A DNA stretch of 64,000 nucleotides from assembly GCA_012513515.1 (NCBI GenBank), contig JAAZCA010000036.1, positions 9,045-73,044 on the forward strand. Direction: 5' to 3'. This DNA is from Myxococcales bacterium. GTDB taxonomy: Bacteria > UBA10199 > 2-02-FULL-44-16 > JAAZCA01. A program made the translations under genes and the position numbers. The notes below the pieces were generated by a model. That model was not told the DNA's origin. It worked only from the letters and a program-made list of their open reading frames with translations, and did no database searches. Of this stretch, positions 1 through 10,401 are shown one piece after another (position 1 is the stretch's first letter; every line of letters begins with the position of its first letter).

Positions 1-4
1 TGAG

Positions 5-268
5 TTGTTCAGGGCTCAGAAGGGGATGACCAGAAAGACTGTTGACTCTATCGCCGAATCCTTTGGATACGACATGCAGGATTTTGCATCGTGCATCGCA
101 TCGCCGGAAACGGAATCCAGGGTGAAGGATGATCTGGCAGCTGCCAGAAAATTGGGGATAACGGGGACTCCCACTATATACATAAATGGGAAAAAGGCAC
201 GATATTGGAGAAATCCCGAGTTCTTGAGAATGATCATAAAGAGCGAAATTAGAAGGGGCCATAGATGA
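5..268 (+). CDS. DsbA-family thiol:disulfide oxidoreductase, C-terminal part (gene begins upstream of window)
   Basis: ORF runs to window edge; C-terminal 'ITGTPTIYINGKK' resembles DsbA/thioredoxin-fold tail; no start seen in window. Confidence 0.45.
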   Translation: MFRAQKGMTRKTVDSIAESFGYDMQDFASCIASPETESRVKDDLAAARKLGITGTPTIYINGKKARYWRNPEFLRMIIKSEIRRGHR

Positions 269-1503
269 AAGACAGCCTGAAGAAAAAATGTGATTATTCG
301 AAAGACTTCATCAGGAAGCTTCCAAAGACCGACCTCCATGTTCATCTGGACGGGAGCCTTCGCGTGTCGACGTTGATAGACTTGGCAAAAAAGCATTCTG
401 TGAAACTTCCCTCTTTTACAGAAGCAGGGCTTAGAAAAACGGTTTTTAAAAAAAGATATGGGGATCTGCTGGAATACCTCAGGGGCTTCGATTATACGCT
501 AGCCGTCATGCAGACTCCAGAGGCGCTGGAGCGCGTCGCCTATGAATTTGCGATGGACTGTTTTGAGGATGGCGTCAGGTATGTGGAACCGAGGTTTGCT
601 CCGCAGCTGCATGTGAACGATCTTATGGCTGTGGAGGATGTCCTGATCTCGGTCAACAAGGGACTCGCGCGCGCCAAAGAGGAGATCAATACCTCGAAGG
701 CCATAGCGTCGGGTTCCGAGCCTTATTTTGAATATGGAATAATCTGCTGCGCTATGAGGATGTTCAATGAAAATTTTCCGGGAGTATTCAGAAAGCTGCT
801 GTCCGTTCACAAGTATATGGATCGTGAGGAGCTCTATGGCCTTGCAGCGCTCGACCTCGTCGAGTCCATGATATATTGCCGTGATGAGTTAGGTCTTCCT
901 ATAGTCGGATTCGACCTGGCCGGAGCCGAGTCCGGATATCCAGCGGAGCATTATAAAAGTTCGTTCGAGTTGGCCCATAAAAATTTTTTCAGAAAGACGG
1001 TGCACGCCGGGGAAGCATATGGCCCGGAATCCATATTTCAGGCCATAGCGGATTGTCACGCCGACAGGATAGGGCACGGCACTCACATATTCGACGCTTC
1101 GATGGTGAAATCAGGTAGCAAGGCCGAAAAGGAACGTTACGTCAACGACCTGTGGCAATACGTTGCTGATAGCAGAATGACCATCGAAGTATGTCTGACA
1201 TCCAACCTTCAGACGAAGCCGGAGATGAAGTCCGTTAGGAGCCATCCTGTTTCCAAGATGCTTGAGAAGAGGCTTTCATTTACCTTCTGTACTGATAACA
1301 TGCTCGTATCGGATACGACTGCGACTGATGAAATATTGCTGGCTGTTAACAATTTCAAAATAAATTCCAACAAACTCAAGGATATAATAATCTACGGCTT
1401 CAAACGAAGTTTTTTTCCTGGCGACTATTTGGAAAAGCGCCGGTACATACGCAGCGTGATAGATTACTACGACAGGGTGGAGAAAGAATTCTTTGTTTCT
1501 TAG
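265..1503 (+). CDS. add: adenosine deaminase family protein
   Basis: N-terminal 'LPKTDLHVHLDGSL' metal-binding signature of adenosine/AMP deaminase superfamily; later conserved His/Asp positions ('HAGE', 'IGHG'); 412 aa; 4-bp overlap with upstream ORF. Confidence 0.8.
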   Translation: MKDSLKKKCDYSKDFIRKLPKTDLHVHLDGSLRVSTLIDLAKKHSVKLPSFTEAGLRKTVFKKRYGDLLEYLRGFDYTLAVMQTPEALERVAYEFAMDCFEDGVRYVEPRFAPQLHVNDLMAVEDVLISVNKGLARAKEEINTSKAIASGSEPYFEYGIICCAMRMFNENFPGVFRKLLSVHKYMDREELYGLAALDLVESMIYCRDELGLPIVGFDLAGAESGYPAEHYKSSFELAHKNFFRKTVHAGEAYGPESIFQAIADCHADRIGHGTHIFDASMVKSGSKAEKERYVNDLWQYVADSRMTIEVCLTSNLQTKPEMKSVRSHPVSKMLEKRLSFTFCTDNMLVSDTTATDEILLAVNNFKINSNKLKDIIIYGFKRSFFPGDYLEKRRYIRSVIDYYDRVEKEFFVS

Positions 1504-3229
1504 AATAACGACATTCCTGTTTTTAATTTTAATGCTGCCGTCATCGGCGGATGCCGTGCTGAGATCCCTATGTGAAGGTTACAAGATAGATTCTTCTGAA
1601 ATAATAAGATTCAATGTCAACGAGAAAAAACTTATATGCGGAGATCACAATGCCGAATCGTGGAACAAAATACCTAGATCACAGGCTAAGTATTTTGCGC
1701 GCAACTTTCTTCAGGAGCGCGGGTATTTGGATCCGGAGTTTAAAGAGGAAGGTGAAAATGTAATAATAGTCGTCGGGGAAAAAACTCGAATTACAGATGT
1801 TTCCATCAAAGGGGCTCCCCCGCGCACATTAAGGGCATGGCAAAAGAGGGGAATCAGGGGTGCTCCGCTCGATCCGAAATCCTTGGACTCGCTCGAAAGG
1901 TGGGGGGTATCGGGTCTCAAGTCGAAGGGGTTTGCATGCCCTCGCGTTTCGGCTTTAGGGGATGCCAGCAGCGGAGGGGTAGAGCTTGAAGTCAACCCCG
2001 GCCCTCGTCTCAATATAGCTTCCCTCGAACAGTCGCCTGTGGAAGGCCTGATGGATGGGGCGCTTGAACGGTTCAATGCGTTTCATGTGGGGGATCCGTA
2101 TGATTATAGGAATATAGCTCTCACCAGCAGAAGGATATCGCAGAGCGGAATACTTCAGAGCAGCTATTTTCTCACCGAGTGCGCCGACGACGGCGTTCAC
2201 CTTACACAGAAATCTATTTCAGGGGCGAGCAGGCTCGTAAGCGCCGGGCTAGGAGGGAGCACCGAGGAGTATCTGATAGGAAAGGCTTCATGGAAGCAGG
2301 GAAGATTGGGTAAAGCAGGATCTTCATTTGAAGTGGCCGGCAGGGCCTCCTACAGGAGACAGCGATTTCTAGTCAAAGGGATGGTCTATCCCTTTTCTTT
2401 TCCGACTCGCTGGCACTTCACGCCCGCCTTTTCGACCAGGAGGGAAAAAGAATCCAGGTACGAGTACCTTGCCAATGATCTTCTTATCCCAGCTGCTGTG
2501 AACTGGGATACCAGGGAAATAGGATGGAATCTTTTTTTCGGGCCGAGATTGAATTACACGAGGGTCTTCAGCGGAGCCGACAAAGGTTGGACGCACTTTC
2601 TATCAGGTATCGCAGGTTTGGAGATCATCAGCCATGTCTATGAGTTGAACGTGGCAGATCCCAAATCCGGTTACACCGTGAGGGGATTGGCTGAGTTCAA
2701 CTCAGACAAGGCGTTTTCCACGATCAGCGCGCAGAAATTCACGTTGTCAGGAGAAGCTCTGTACAATTTTGCAGGGTTCGATTCGCCGCTGCTTATTCTC
2801 TCCATAAGGGGATTCGCCGGTACAACTTTGGTGGATAGCGGCAACGCACAATTTTCCAAGATGCCTCCATGGTTATTTTATTATTTCGGAGGTTCAGCCG
2901 ATCTTCGCGGGTTCGGGCTTAAAAAATTGCCAGATGCTAACAGAGGCGCGCTGACTGCGCTTTACTCGGGCGTCGAAGCGAGGCTGGCGAATATATTTCC
3001 CTTGAACCTTCAGCCTATAGCTTTTGCGGATTTTGGTGTGATGGGTCAGAAGTCGGTCAGTCTTAATCTGCCTGTCTACTGCTCTCCGGGGATAGGTATC
3101 AGGTGGCCATCGCTCATTGGAGTTTTGAGGTTCACCGCTGCAAAGGGTCTGTTTTTGAAAAACAGCACCCCTCCCAAACAAGCCCCTTCGCGCTGGCATT
3201 TTATATTCAGCATAGGGGAGGAGTTTTGA
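1493..3229 (+). CDS. tamA: Omp85-family outer membrane protein (TamA-like translocation and assembly module subunit)
   Basis: Signal peptide; 578 aa (E. coli TamA 577 aa); C-terminal beta-barrel with aromatic-rich C-terminus; immediately followed by TamB-like gene. Confidence 0.65.
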   Translation: MFLRITTFLFLILMLPSSADAVLRSLCEGYKIDSSEIIRFNVNEKKLICGDHNAESWNKIPRSQAKYFARNFLQERGYLDPEFKEEGENVIIVVGEKTRITDVSIKGAPPRTLRAWQKRGIRGAPLDPKSLDSLERWGVSGLKSKGFACPRVSALGDASSGGVELEVNPGPRLNIASLEQSPVEGLMDGALERFNAFHVGDPYDYRNIALTSRRISQSGILQSSYFLTECADDGVHLTQKSISGASRLVSAGLGGSTEEYLIGKASWKQGRLGKAGSSFEVAGRASYRRQRFLVKGMVYPFSFPTRWHFTPAFSTRREKESRYEYLANDLLIPAAVNWDTREIGWNLFFGPRLNYTRVFSGADKGWTHFLSGIAGLEIISHVYELNVADPKSGYTVRGLAEFNSDKAFSTISAQKFTLSGEALYNFAGFDSPLLILSIRGFAGTTLVDSGNAQFSKMPPWLFYYFGGSADLRGFGLKKLPDANRGALTALYSGVEARLANIFPLNLQPIAFADFGVMGQKSVSLNLPVYCSPGIGIRWPSLIGVLRFTAAKGLFLKNSTPPKQAPSRWHFIFSIGEEF

Positions 3230-3230
3230 T

Positions 3231-5579
3231 ATGAAGAAAAAAGCTGTCATAGCCCTTATATCGGCGCCACTCCTGTTTTTAGCTATGATCTTCGCGCTTC
3301 TTATCGCTGTATTAAACTGGCCCACGATTATTATAAATCCATATTCGCTTTCGGCCCTTTCAAAATATCTCATCCCTCTTGGAATTCATGTCGGATGGTC
3401 CGACATGAAAGTTTCTACTGTATCAAGTGGATTCCTGGATGAAACAGTTTCGATCAAGGTTGAAAATATTTGCATTAAAATGAAACCGGAGATCGAACAC
3501 GGATGCTTTTCTGACGTCGGCATCTCTTTCAGATACGAATTCAAAGGTATGATTCCGAACTTGAAGGAAATCGGTCCGCTTTCTATGACAGGCGGCGATA
3601 TTTATGTGGTTCTAGCCGACGATGTAGAAGATGAGAGCACCGACGGTGAAATATTCATCCCCGATGTAAGAATTCCAGGATATTTCTCCGATGTATCCAT
3701 TTTGCCAGTGCGCATAAGTGTAGAGTCGACAAAGGTCGATTATTATGGCGGCAGCGTCTCAGGCTCGGTCGATATCAATGCTGATTCATCAAATCAAAAT
3801 ACGATAGATAGAATATCCCTCTCATTCAGGTTGAACTCCGATGCCCTTGGGAGATTCGACGGGACTATTGCCGCGCATAGCGCATCATCGTTCAGAAAAG
3901 GGGATTGGAGCGCCAGCGTCAATCTGTCAGGAAACCTGGATGGAGGTGGAATTGTTTCATCATCGATCGATCTATCTACAGATGACGGCAAAGAATTGGG
4001 AGTAGAGGTTAACGCGGATTATTCTGAAGGAATCCTTGCCGCGTCATCTAAAATCGACGCGACAATTTCAAGTAAATCAGTGAACGCGCTCTTGAATGGA
4101 AATATGAAGGGTGTGTCCGATGTGATTCCGGAGGTCAGATTCTCCGGATGTAGGTTGGACTTTAAGAGCTCCGATAAATCCGGAAATAGAGGCCTCTTTG
4201 ATTTTAAGTGCCTGACCTCTGCGCGGCTGAAAAGAAATAAACTTCCTTGCGATGCTGAAGTTATATACAGGCCTCCGGAAGATATCGATCTGGACATTTC
4301 GGCCAACGGAGAAAGTTTTTTTATTCCTGACCTCGATGTGATAACCAAGGGGAGCCTTTCTGCGGTTGTCAGGCCGCACAAGGGGAAATTGGTATATATG
4401 AGCGGGCATTTATCCTCTGCTTTTGAGGGAGTCCCTTCCGAAGGTGTGAAAGGGTGGAAATTTCAAACCGAGGCTGATCTCGACTTTACAATAAAGAATT
4501 TTGCTGAGTTGGTTTCCGTTCTTGAAAAAACGTCATGGCCAGTACCGGCTCCCTTTAATGTCCTTGACGGCTCTGTGGAGTTTTCTGTGGAAGGTAAGAT
4601 GTCTTCCGAATCTGACAAGATAATCCTTCCTGCAAAGCTCAGGTCCAGACTTGAATCCGCCAAACAAAAGATTTTTTTGGACAGCGCCGGAAAATTGGAG
4701 ATAGGTTTTAAAGGCGATGCATCAGGCAAAGCTGCGCTCGATATGAACGTTGACTTCGATGATGTGCAGATACAGCTCCCGGACCTCGCTCTGGCGTCGA
4801 TTCCAAGGCTCGTCCCCGACTCGAGGATAATCACAGGAGGAGGTTTGGGTAATTTGTCCGGTGATATGTCAGAATCGTATGACTTCGAGTACTCCATTTC
4901 ATTGAGGACTGTATCGGGCAAGCCAATCAGGATTCTTTCAAATTTGACGCCTGAGTTTATCCCAATAGCTCTGGATATGAACACCAATGATGAGAGGCTT
5001 TCTGGAAGCTTTAAGATAGAATCATTTCCGGTTAAGTTGTTTTCGCGCTCAGCGAATCTCGATTATCTGGATATAGAGTTGGCCGATCCATCTGAAAAGA
5101 GCGTTGTCAAAGGAAAATTTGTCATTCCATACATAGATATGAAAATTCTGGTCGAGATTGCCGGGACCATTGAGCAGCCTTCGATAGTCCTTGCGTCTGA
5201 GCCGCCTATGTCTGAAGGGGACATACTATCGATGCTTTTGTACGGAGAGCCTCTAAACGATCTGGATAGCGATAACGCATCATCTGTGAGCAACACAAAC
5301 ATGGCTATAGCTGAAAGGTCGATGGCCCTTACCAGCTTTTTACTTCTTGCATCAACACCGATTCAAAGCGTTGCTTATAATCCCGACACCAAAACTTTTT
5401 CAGCAAGGGTTAGGCTCGCCAACAAAACCTCCCTGACTGTGGGCTCCAGCGGAGATCAGAAAGAAGTTGGAATCAAACAAAGGCTTGGTAAGGGCTGGAG
5501 TATAACGACTAACCTAGAAAAACACGACACCTCGCCAGGCGCGGCCTCCGCTTACATAGAGTGGAGCAAGAGATACTGA
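3231..5579 (+). CDS. tamB: TamB-like translocation/assembly module protein (DUF490 family), N-terminal TM anchor
   Basis: N-terminal hydrophobic anchor then long beta-rich periplasmic region; gene context directly after tamA-like; 782 aa. Confidence 0.6.
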   Translation: MKKKAVIALISAPLLFLAMIFALLIAVLNWPTIIINPYSLSALSKYLIPLGIHVGWSDMKVSTVSSGFLDETVSIKVENICIKMKPEIEHGCFSDVGISFRYEFKGMIPNLKEIGPLSMTGGDIYVVLADDVEDESTDGEIFIPDVRIPGYFSDVSILPVRISVESTKVDYYGGSVSGSVDINADSSNQNTIDRISLSFRLNSDALGRFDGTIAAHSASSFRKGDWSASVNLSGNLDGGGIVSSSIDLSTDDGKELGVEVNADYSEGILAASSKIDATISSKSVNALLNGNMKGVSDVIPEVRFSGCRLDFKSSDKSGNRGLFDFKCLTSARLKRNKLPCDAEVIYRPPEDIDLDISANGESFFIPDLDVITKGSLSAVVRPHKGKLVYMSGHLSSAFEGVPSEGVKGWKFQTEADLDFTIKNFAELVSVLEKTSWPVPAPFNVLDGSVEFSVEGKMSSESDKIILPAKLRSRLESAKQKIFLDSAGKLEIGFKGDASGKAALDMNVDFDDVQIQLPDLALASIPRLVPDSRIITGGGLGNLSGDMSESYDFEYSISLRTVSGKPIRILSNLTPEFIPIALDMNTNDERLSGSFKIESFPVKLFSRSANLDYLDIELADPSEKSVVKGKFVIPYIDMKILVEIAGTIEQPSIVLASEPPMSEGDILSMLLYGEPLNDLDSDNASSVSNTNMAIAERSMALTSFLLLASTPIQSVAYNPDTKTFSARVRLANKTSLTVGSSGDQKEVGIKQRLGKGWSITTNLEKHDTSPGAASAYIEWSKRY

Positions 5580-5784
5580 TCTTTGTCATCCGTAAGGATA
5601 TCGGCTCCAGAGTTAAGTTGCCACGTTAGACAGAGGTAATATTAAGAAATCAAGATGCGATCATACGGCTTTGATCTTCGAGCAGATTTCATTCGGACGG
5701 GCTGAAATCTACAAGATTCAAGAGGAAGAGGAGGCAAGAGATCGGGCGGGGAGATGACAGCCGTGCAGTCATTCCCGCATGTCT

Positions 5785-6693
5785 TCAGCGGGCCTGCTTT
5801 TTCAGCCAGTTCCAGCTTTTATCTATGTATTGCTGATAGGACTCGATCTGCTCTTGTGTCATGTGGCGGAAGCGCCCTTGCATCGAGAGATAATCCTGAA
5901 CCGGAATTCCCTTTGGTTCTATGTTGATCGTGTATTTTTCACCATTTTCAACTTCGAATATGGGAAAGACCTTTGAATCGACGGCCTTTCTCATTACCTC
6001 GATGGATTTTTCCGAATCGATTTTCCATCCTGCGGTGCATGAGGCCAGTATGTGAATGAACCGGAACCCCTTTATCTTTTTGGCCTTTTCAAACTTGGCC
6101 ATGAGGTCGTGAGGAAATGCTGGCGAGGTCGTAGCCAGGTAAGGTATGCCGTGCGATGCCATTATCCTATCGATGTTTTTCTTAGGCGTCATCTTCGGAA
6201 AATCAACAGGCGTCGTGGTGGTCCACGTGAATTCCGGTGTTGCTCCGGACTGCTGAATGCCGGTATTCATATACGCCTCATTGTCGTAACAGACGTAGAT
6301 TACATCCTCGTTTCTTTCGGCTGCTGAAGAGAGGGATTGAAGGCCGATGTCGAATGTTCCTCCGTCTCCAGCCCAACCCATGATTTGGGTTGTTTTATTT
6401 TCCTTTATGTCGAGCGCCGCACGGATTCCGGAGAGCACTGCGCCAGTCGTTTCGAAGGCCGTATGCATGAGCGGGACCTTCATGTTTGAGTAGGGAAATG
6501 GCCCTGGGATCACAGCCCAGCAGCAGGCTGGAATTACCACGATGGTGTCTGGCCCGAGAGATTTGAGAGCGAGTCTCATCGCTATCGCGGCGCCGCATCC
6601 GGGGCATGCCAGATGGCCGCTCGTCATCATTTCCGACTGTTCGTAACTCTGTTTGGACTCACCCTGTTTGAAAAGATGTGGATCTGTTCGCAT
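5785..6693 (-). CDS. porB: 2-oxoacid:ferredoxin oxidoreductase beta subunit (TPP-binding)
   Basis: 'CPGCG' plus thiamine-PP binding 'GDG' region typical of PorB/KorB; last gene of four-gene minus-strand operon. Confidence 0.85.
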   Translation of the reverse strand: MRTDPHLFKQGESKQSYEQSEMMTSGHLACPGCGAAIAMRLALKSLGPDTIVVIPACCWAVIPGPFPYSNMKVPLMHTAFETTGAVLSGIRAALDIKENKTTQIMGWAGDGGTFDIGLQSLSSAAERNEDVIYVCYDNEAYMNTGIQQSGATPEFTWTTTTPVDFPKMTPKKNIDRIMASHGIPYLATTSPAFPHDLMAKFEKAKKIKGFRFIHILASCTAGWKIDSEKSIEVMRKAVDSKVFPIFEVENGEKYTINIEPKGIPVQDYLSMQGRFRHMTQEQIESYQQYIDKSWNWLKKQAR

Positions 6694-6705
6694 TATAACC
6701 CTCTT

Positions 6706-7881
6706 CTATTTTTTGAGACCTATCCAAATGTCTTCGGATGGGTGATCTGCTGCTTTCGTTTTGTTATAAACTTCGATGATGGATTCCGGCGTTACATCTC
6801 TTCCTCCAAGGCCTATATGGAAGGTGAAGATATCCGGAGCCTGCGCGATGTCGTAGAAAGCGGACTTGATTTCGCTGCTCCATATTCCGCCGCAGCCATG
6901 GCTGATATTTCTGTCCAGAACGGCTATCTTTTTTATTTTCCTGCCGCCCGAGATGTTTCCAGCCGCCTCACGTAACGCATCGAACGGGAATGGGCGGAAC
7001 ATTCGAATTTTACAGATGCCAACCTTTTCTCCACGTTCGCGGAGTTGTTTTACAGCGACGCGAGCGGTGGACGTCATCGATCCGCTGGTGAGGAACACTA
7101 TTTCAGCATCATCGGCATCTATCATTTCCACGATGTCATTCGGCCTTCCAAATTTCTTTTCGAAATTTTTGGCGATATCGTTATATGTGTTTATCGCTTC
7201 ACGGTGGGCCTTTTCCATTATATAGCGGAACTCCATATAGTTGTCAGGCGCGCAAAGCGGGTTGAAGGTCATTGGCGCGCTCGTGTCGAGCTTATATTTC
7301 GGCTTGAATGGAGGAAGGAACTTATCGACCTCGCTGATGTCGGGAATCTCAACCGGTTCGTAGGTATGGGAGAGTATGAACGAATCGTAGACCACCATGA
7401 CCGGAAGATAGATCGTTTCCGCGAGCCTGAAGGCCATCAGTATGGTGTCGATGACTTCCTGATTCGTTTCACAGTATAGCTGTATCCAACCGGTGTCGCG
7501 CTGTGCAAGCGAGTCGGTCTGGTCGCTCCAGATGCTCCAGCCAGGGGCCATCGCACGGTTGACGTTGCAAAGCACTACCGGGAGCCTCCCATACGCGGCC
7601 CAGAATAAAAGCTCGTGCATTAAAGCCAGCCCTTGCGACGATGTTGCGGTAAATGCCCTTGCTCCGGCCTGCGAAGCCGCTATAGTAGCGGCCATTGCCG
7701 AATGCTCGGATTCCACTTTTATAAACTTGGCGTTGAGCTCCCCTTTTGCGCACATCTCCGAAAGCTCCTCGACTATCTGCGTCTGCGGTGTGATTGGATA
7801 TGCGGATATTACCTCTGTTCTGGCAAGCTTCACTCCGTAGGAGGTAGCGTGATTTCCCATTAGGACTTCTTTTTTTGACAT
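6706..7881 (-). CDS. porA: 2-oxoacid:ferredoxin oxidoreductase alpha subunit
   Basis: PorA/KorA-like N-terminus 'MGNHATSYGVKLARTEVISAYPITPQT'; 391 aa; adjacent to beta and gamma subunits. Confidence 0.85.
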   Translation of the reverse strand: MSKKEVLMGNHATSYGVKLARTEVISAYPITPQTQIVEELSEMCAKGELNAKFIKVESEHSAMAATIAASQAGARAFTATSSQGLALMHELLFWAAYGRLPVVLCNVNRAMAPGWSIWSDQTDSLAQRDTGWIQLYCETNQEVIDTILMAFRLAETIYLPVMVVYDSFILSHTYEPVEIPDISEVDKFLPPFKPKYKLDTSAPMTFNPLCAPDNYMEFRYIMEKAHREAINTYNDIAKNFEKKFGRPNDIVEMIDADDAEIVFLTSGSMTSTARVAVKQLRERGEKVGICKIRMFRPFPFDALREAAGNISGGRKIKKIAVLDRNISHGCGGIWSSEIKSAFYDIAQAPDIFTFHIGLGGRDVTPESIIEVYNKTKAADHPSEDIWIGLKK

Positions 7882-7906
7882 TTCAAACCTTCCTTCCGAT
7901 GGACGT

Positions 7907-9715
7907 TCAAAATTCGGTTGGTTCTTCGGTCATCCTCATTGCTGCGCGCGGGCATTCGTGGGAACAAAGACCGCATCCCTTGCAGTAGTAGAGGTCTATC
8001 TCGAAACCGGAGCTTTTTTTGGCGATCGCCAAGTCGGGGCAGTATATGTAGCAGTTATCGCACTCCGTGCATCTGCCACAGTGAAAACATCTTGAGAGTT
8101 CCGATGATTTTATATCTTCCGCTGGCGAAGCGTGAACCTCTGTGAACGGGTCGCCTGAGAATCTTTTTTCCAAGGGCAGAGATGGTTTTTCCGCAGGAGT
8201 TGAGTGCGTGAAATAGGCGCTGTTGAGGTCGGTAAATCGTACGATCTCGCCCAGCATCTCTGTCTTAGAATCCGTTGACGCATTGTGAACTTTGCCCGTT
8301 CTGTGTTCCAGATATTTCGACATCAGAGGCGTGGACGTGCCAGGGATGGTTATCCTTGGAATGATGTCGGCTGGGTTTTCTCCTCGTAGAATGCAATCTA
8401 TGGCTATGGCGCTGCGTTTGCCATCGCCGAGGGCGTCGACGACAGTACGGGAGCCTGCTGTTATATCTCCGCCAGCGAACATCCCCTTCAAGGAGGTCTT
8501 GCCAAACTCATCCGCTACCAGAGAACCATCTTTTATATGTATTGCGGCAGGGATGATCCTGTTTTCTATCTCCTCCCCTATGGCGGAGAAGATGGCGTCA
8601 GCATCGAACATCATTTCTGAACCTTCGATTGGAACGGGGCGGCGTCTTCCGGACTCGTCGGGATCTCCAAGCTTCATGCGCAGGCATTCAAGCCCTTTTG
8701 CCTTTCCGGATTTTACTATGACTCTCTTTGGAGCCATGAGTATCTCTATACGGACCCCCTCGTCGAGGGCTGCCTGGATCTCTTCCTGAGATGCAGGCAT
8801 TTCCGCAACGGATCTGCGGTAGATCACCGTAACTTCTGCGCCGAGCCTCTTCGCAGTTCTTGCAGTGTCGATTGCGGTATTTCCTCCGCCAACCACCAAG
8901 ACCTTGCTTCCTATGTTTATCTTCTTGCTGTGTTCTATGGATTTGAGGAAGTTGAGTCCGGATGTCACGCCCTCGCTCTTTTCGTCAGAAACTCCCATCG
9001 GACGGGATTTGTGCGCCCCTGTGGCGACGAAGGTTGCGTCGTATTCACGCACGATCTCCTCCAGGTGTGCAGCGTCCTTTATTTCTTGGCCAAGTTTGAA
9101 TTCTACTCCCATCCTCTTCAGCGAGTCGATCTCCCTGTCGATTACTCTTCTTGGAAGGCGGTAGGATGGAATGCCATAGCGAAGCATTCCACCCGCCATT
9201 TTTTCCCTGTCATAGACGACCGCTTTATGGCCGAGCCTGGTGATGTGGTAAGCGAATGCCAGCCCCGCCGGGCCGGCTCCAACAGCAGCAACTTTTTTGC
9301 CGCTTTTTGCCGCAAATGGTTCCGGCGTTGGAATTTTATCTCCTATCGCATCGCCGAGGGCTCTTTCGAGCATGTTGATGTTGACCGCGCCACCCATCTC
9401 GCACCTGTTGCAGCCTTCCATGCACGGATGAAAGCAGACGCGCCCCATTATAGCTGGAAATGGATTTTCCAATGTTGCCGCCTGCCACGCCTTTTCGACT
9501 TCGCCATCTTGCATGAACCTTATCCAGCGCTCTATGTCGTTTCCGGTGGGACATGATGCTTGGCAAGCCGGAATTTTTTCAACGTAGCTTGGGCGAAGGT
9601 AGCGCCATGACCCAGTCTCGTTCCACTCCATCGTGGCCGAGCAGATGTCAAAATATGGCATCTCTTTTTCGCTGTTGAAGATTACAGGTTTTGGTTTGTT
9701 TTCTGTGCTGTTCAT
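7907..9715 (-). CDS. Fusion protein: GltD-like NAD(P)H-dependent FAD oxidoreductase (glutamate synthase small-chain family) with C-terminal 2x[4Fe-4S] ferredoxin (PorD-like) domain
   Basis: N-terminal 'ENPFPAIMGRVCFHPCMEGC' Fe-S plus 'VAAVGAGPAGLA' FAD/NAD Rossmann motifs of GltD family; C-terminal 'CFHCGRCTECDNCYIYCP...CKGCGLCSHECP' two ferredoxin cluster motifs; embedded in por operon where porD normally sits. Confidence 0.75.
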   Translation of the reverse strand: MNSTENKPKPVIFNSEKEMPYFDICSATMEWNETGSWRYLRPSYVEKIPACQASCPTGNDIERWIRFMQDGEVEKAWQAATLENPFPAIMGRVCFHPCMEGCNRCEMGGAVNINMLERALGDAIGDKIPTPEPFAAKSGKKVAAVGAGPAGLAFAYHITRLGHKAVVYDREKMAGGMLRYGIPSYRLPRRVIDREIDSLKRMGVEFKLGQEIKDAAHLEEIVREYDATFVATGAHKSRPMGVSDEKSEGVTSGLNFLKSIEHSKKINIGSKVLVVGGGNTAIDTARTAKRLGAEVTVIYRRSVAEMPASQEEIQAALDEGVRIEILMAPKRVIVKSGKAKGLECLRMKLGDPDESGRRRPVPIEGSEMMFDADAIFSAIGEEIENRIIPAAIHIKDGSLVADEFGKTSLKGMFAGGDITAGSRTVVDALGDGKRSAIAIDCILRGENPADIIPRITIPGTSTPLMSKYLEHRTGKVHNASTDSKTEMLGEIVRFTDLNSAYFTHSTPAEKPSLPLEKRFSGDPFTEVHASPAEDIKSSELSRCFHCGRCTECDNCYIYCPDLAIAKKSSGFEIDLYYCKGCGLCSHECPRAAMRMTEEPTEF

Positions 9716-9734
9716 CTTTTCACCTGTGGTTCAC

Positions 9735-10304
9735 TTAGTGTTCGCTTGAAAAAAGAACTTCGTCATAAGCTTCCATGGCGGCCTTAATGTTGGCGTCTGG
9801 TTTTATTGGAACGCCTTTTCTTATCGCATTGGAGATAGAATCCATCGAGCATATGCCGGTTATTCTGCAAAATGCCCCAAGAATTGCGGTATTCACTATC
9901 GGGCTGGTCTGTGATCCGAGCCTGTTTCGCGCAGCTATGCCGCTTGCATCGACGCAGGCGATTTTGAATTCTGACATCTGGGCGGATGCCTTCAGCTCTT
10001 CAGGGGATTTTTTTGAATTGATGAGAACCCAGCCTTCTTTTTTGAATCCCTTGAAGGTGGCCGGATTTTTTAAGAGCGTCGAGTCGAGTATGATGAGGTG
10101 GTCTGGGGTGTATATCTGACTTCTCAGGTCTATTTTTTCTTTGTCTATTCGAACGAATGCGGCCACGGGAGCTCCGCGTCTTTCAACTCCGAATGTTGGG
10201 AATGCCTGAACGAAGTTTCCTTCCGAAAAAATGGCAGTGGCCAGGATCTTTCCGCCGATCACAGCTCCTTGGCCGCCACGTCCGTGAAAGCGAATCTCGA
10301 TCAT
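9735..10304 (-). CDS. porG: 2-oxoacid:ferredoxin oxidoreductase gamma subunit
   Basis: '[18 protein letters not shown]' PorG signature; GGAGGA RBS 5 nt upstream of ATG; first gene of operon. Confidence 0.8.
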
Positions 10305-10401
10305 AGCTCCTCCGCAGCTGAATTAAAACGCACCCCTTCATATAACATGGGGATATCTTGTCAAATGGGATATTGGCTGCGGCCGACCGCGTTGCTAGCC
10401 T

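Noticed and set aside
4019-4987. Minus-strand ORFs (120, 110, 174 aa) inside tamB-like gene
   Set aside because: Antisense shadow ORFs within a long, well-supported plus-strand CDS.
8292-9556. Plus-strand ORFs (165, 99, 208 aa) inside the GltD-ferredoxin fusion gene
   Set aside because: Antisense to a well-supported CDS; no motifs; composition typical of shadow ORFs.
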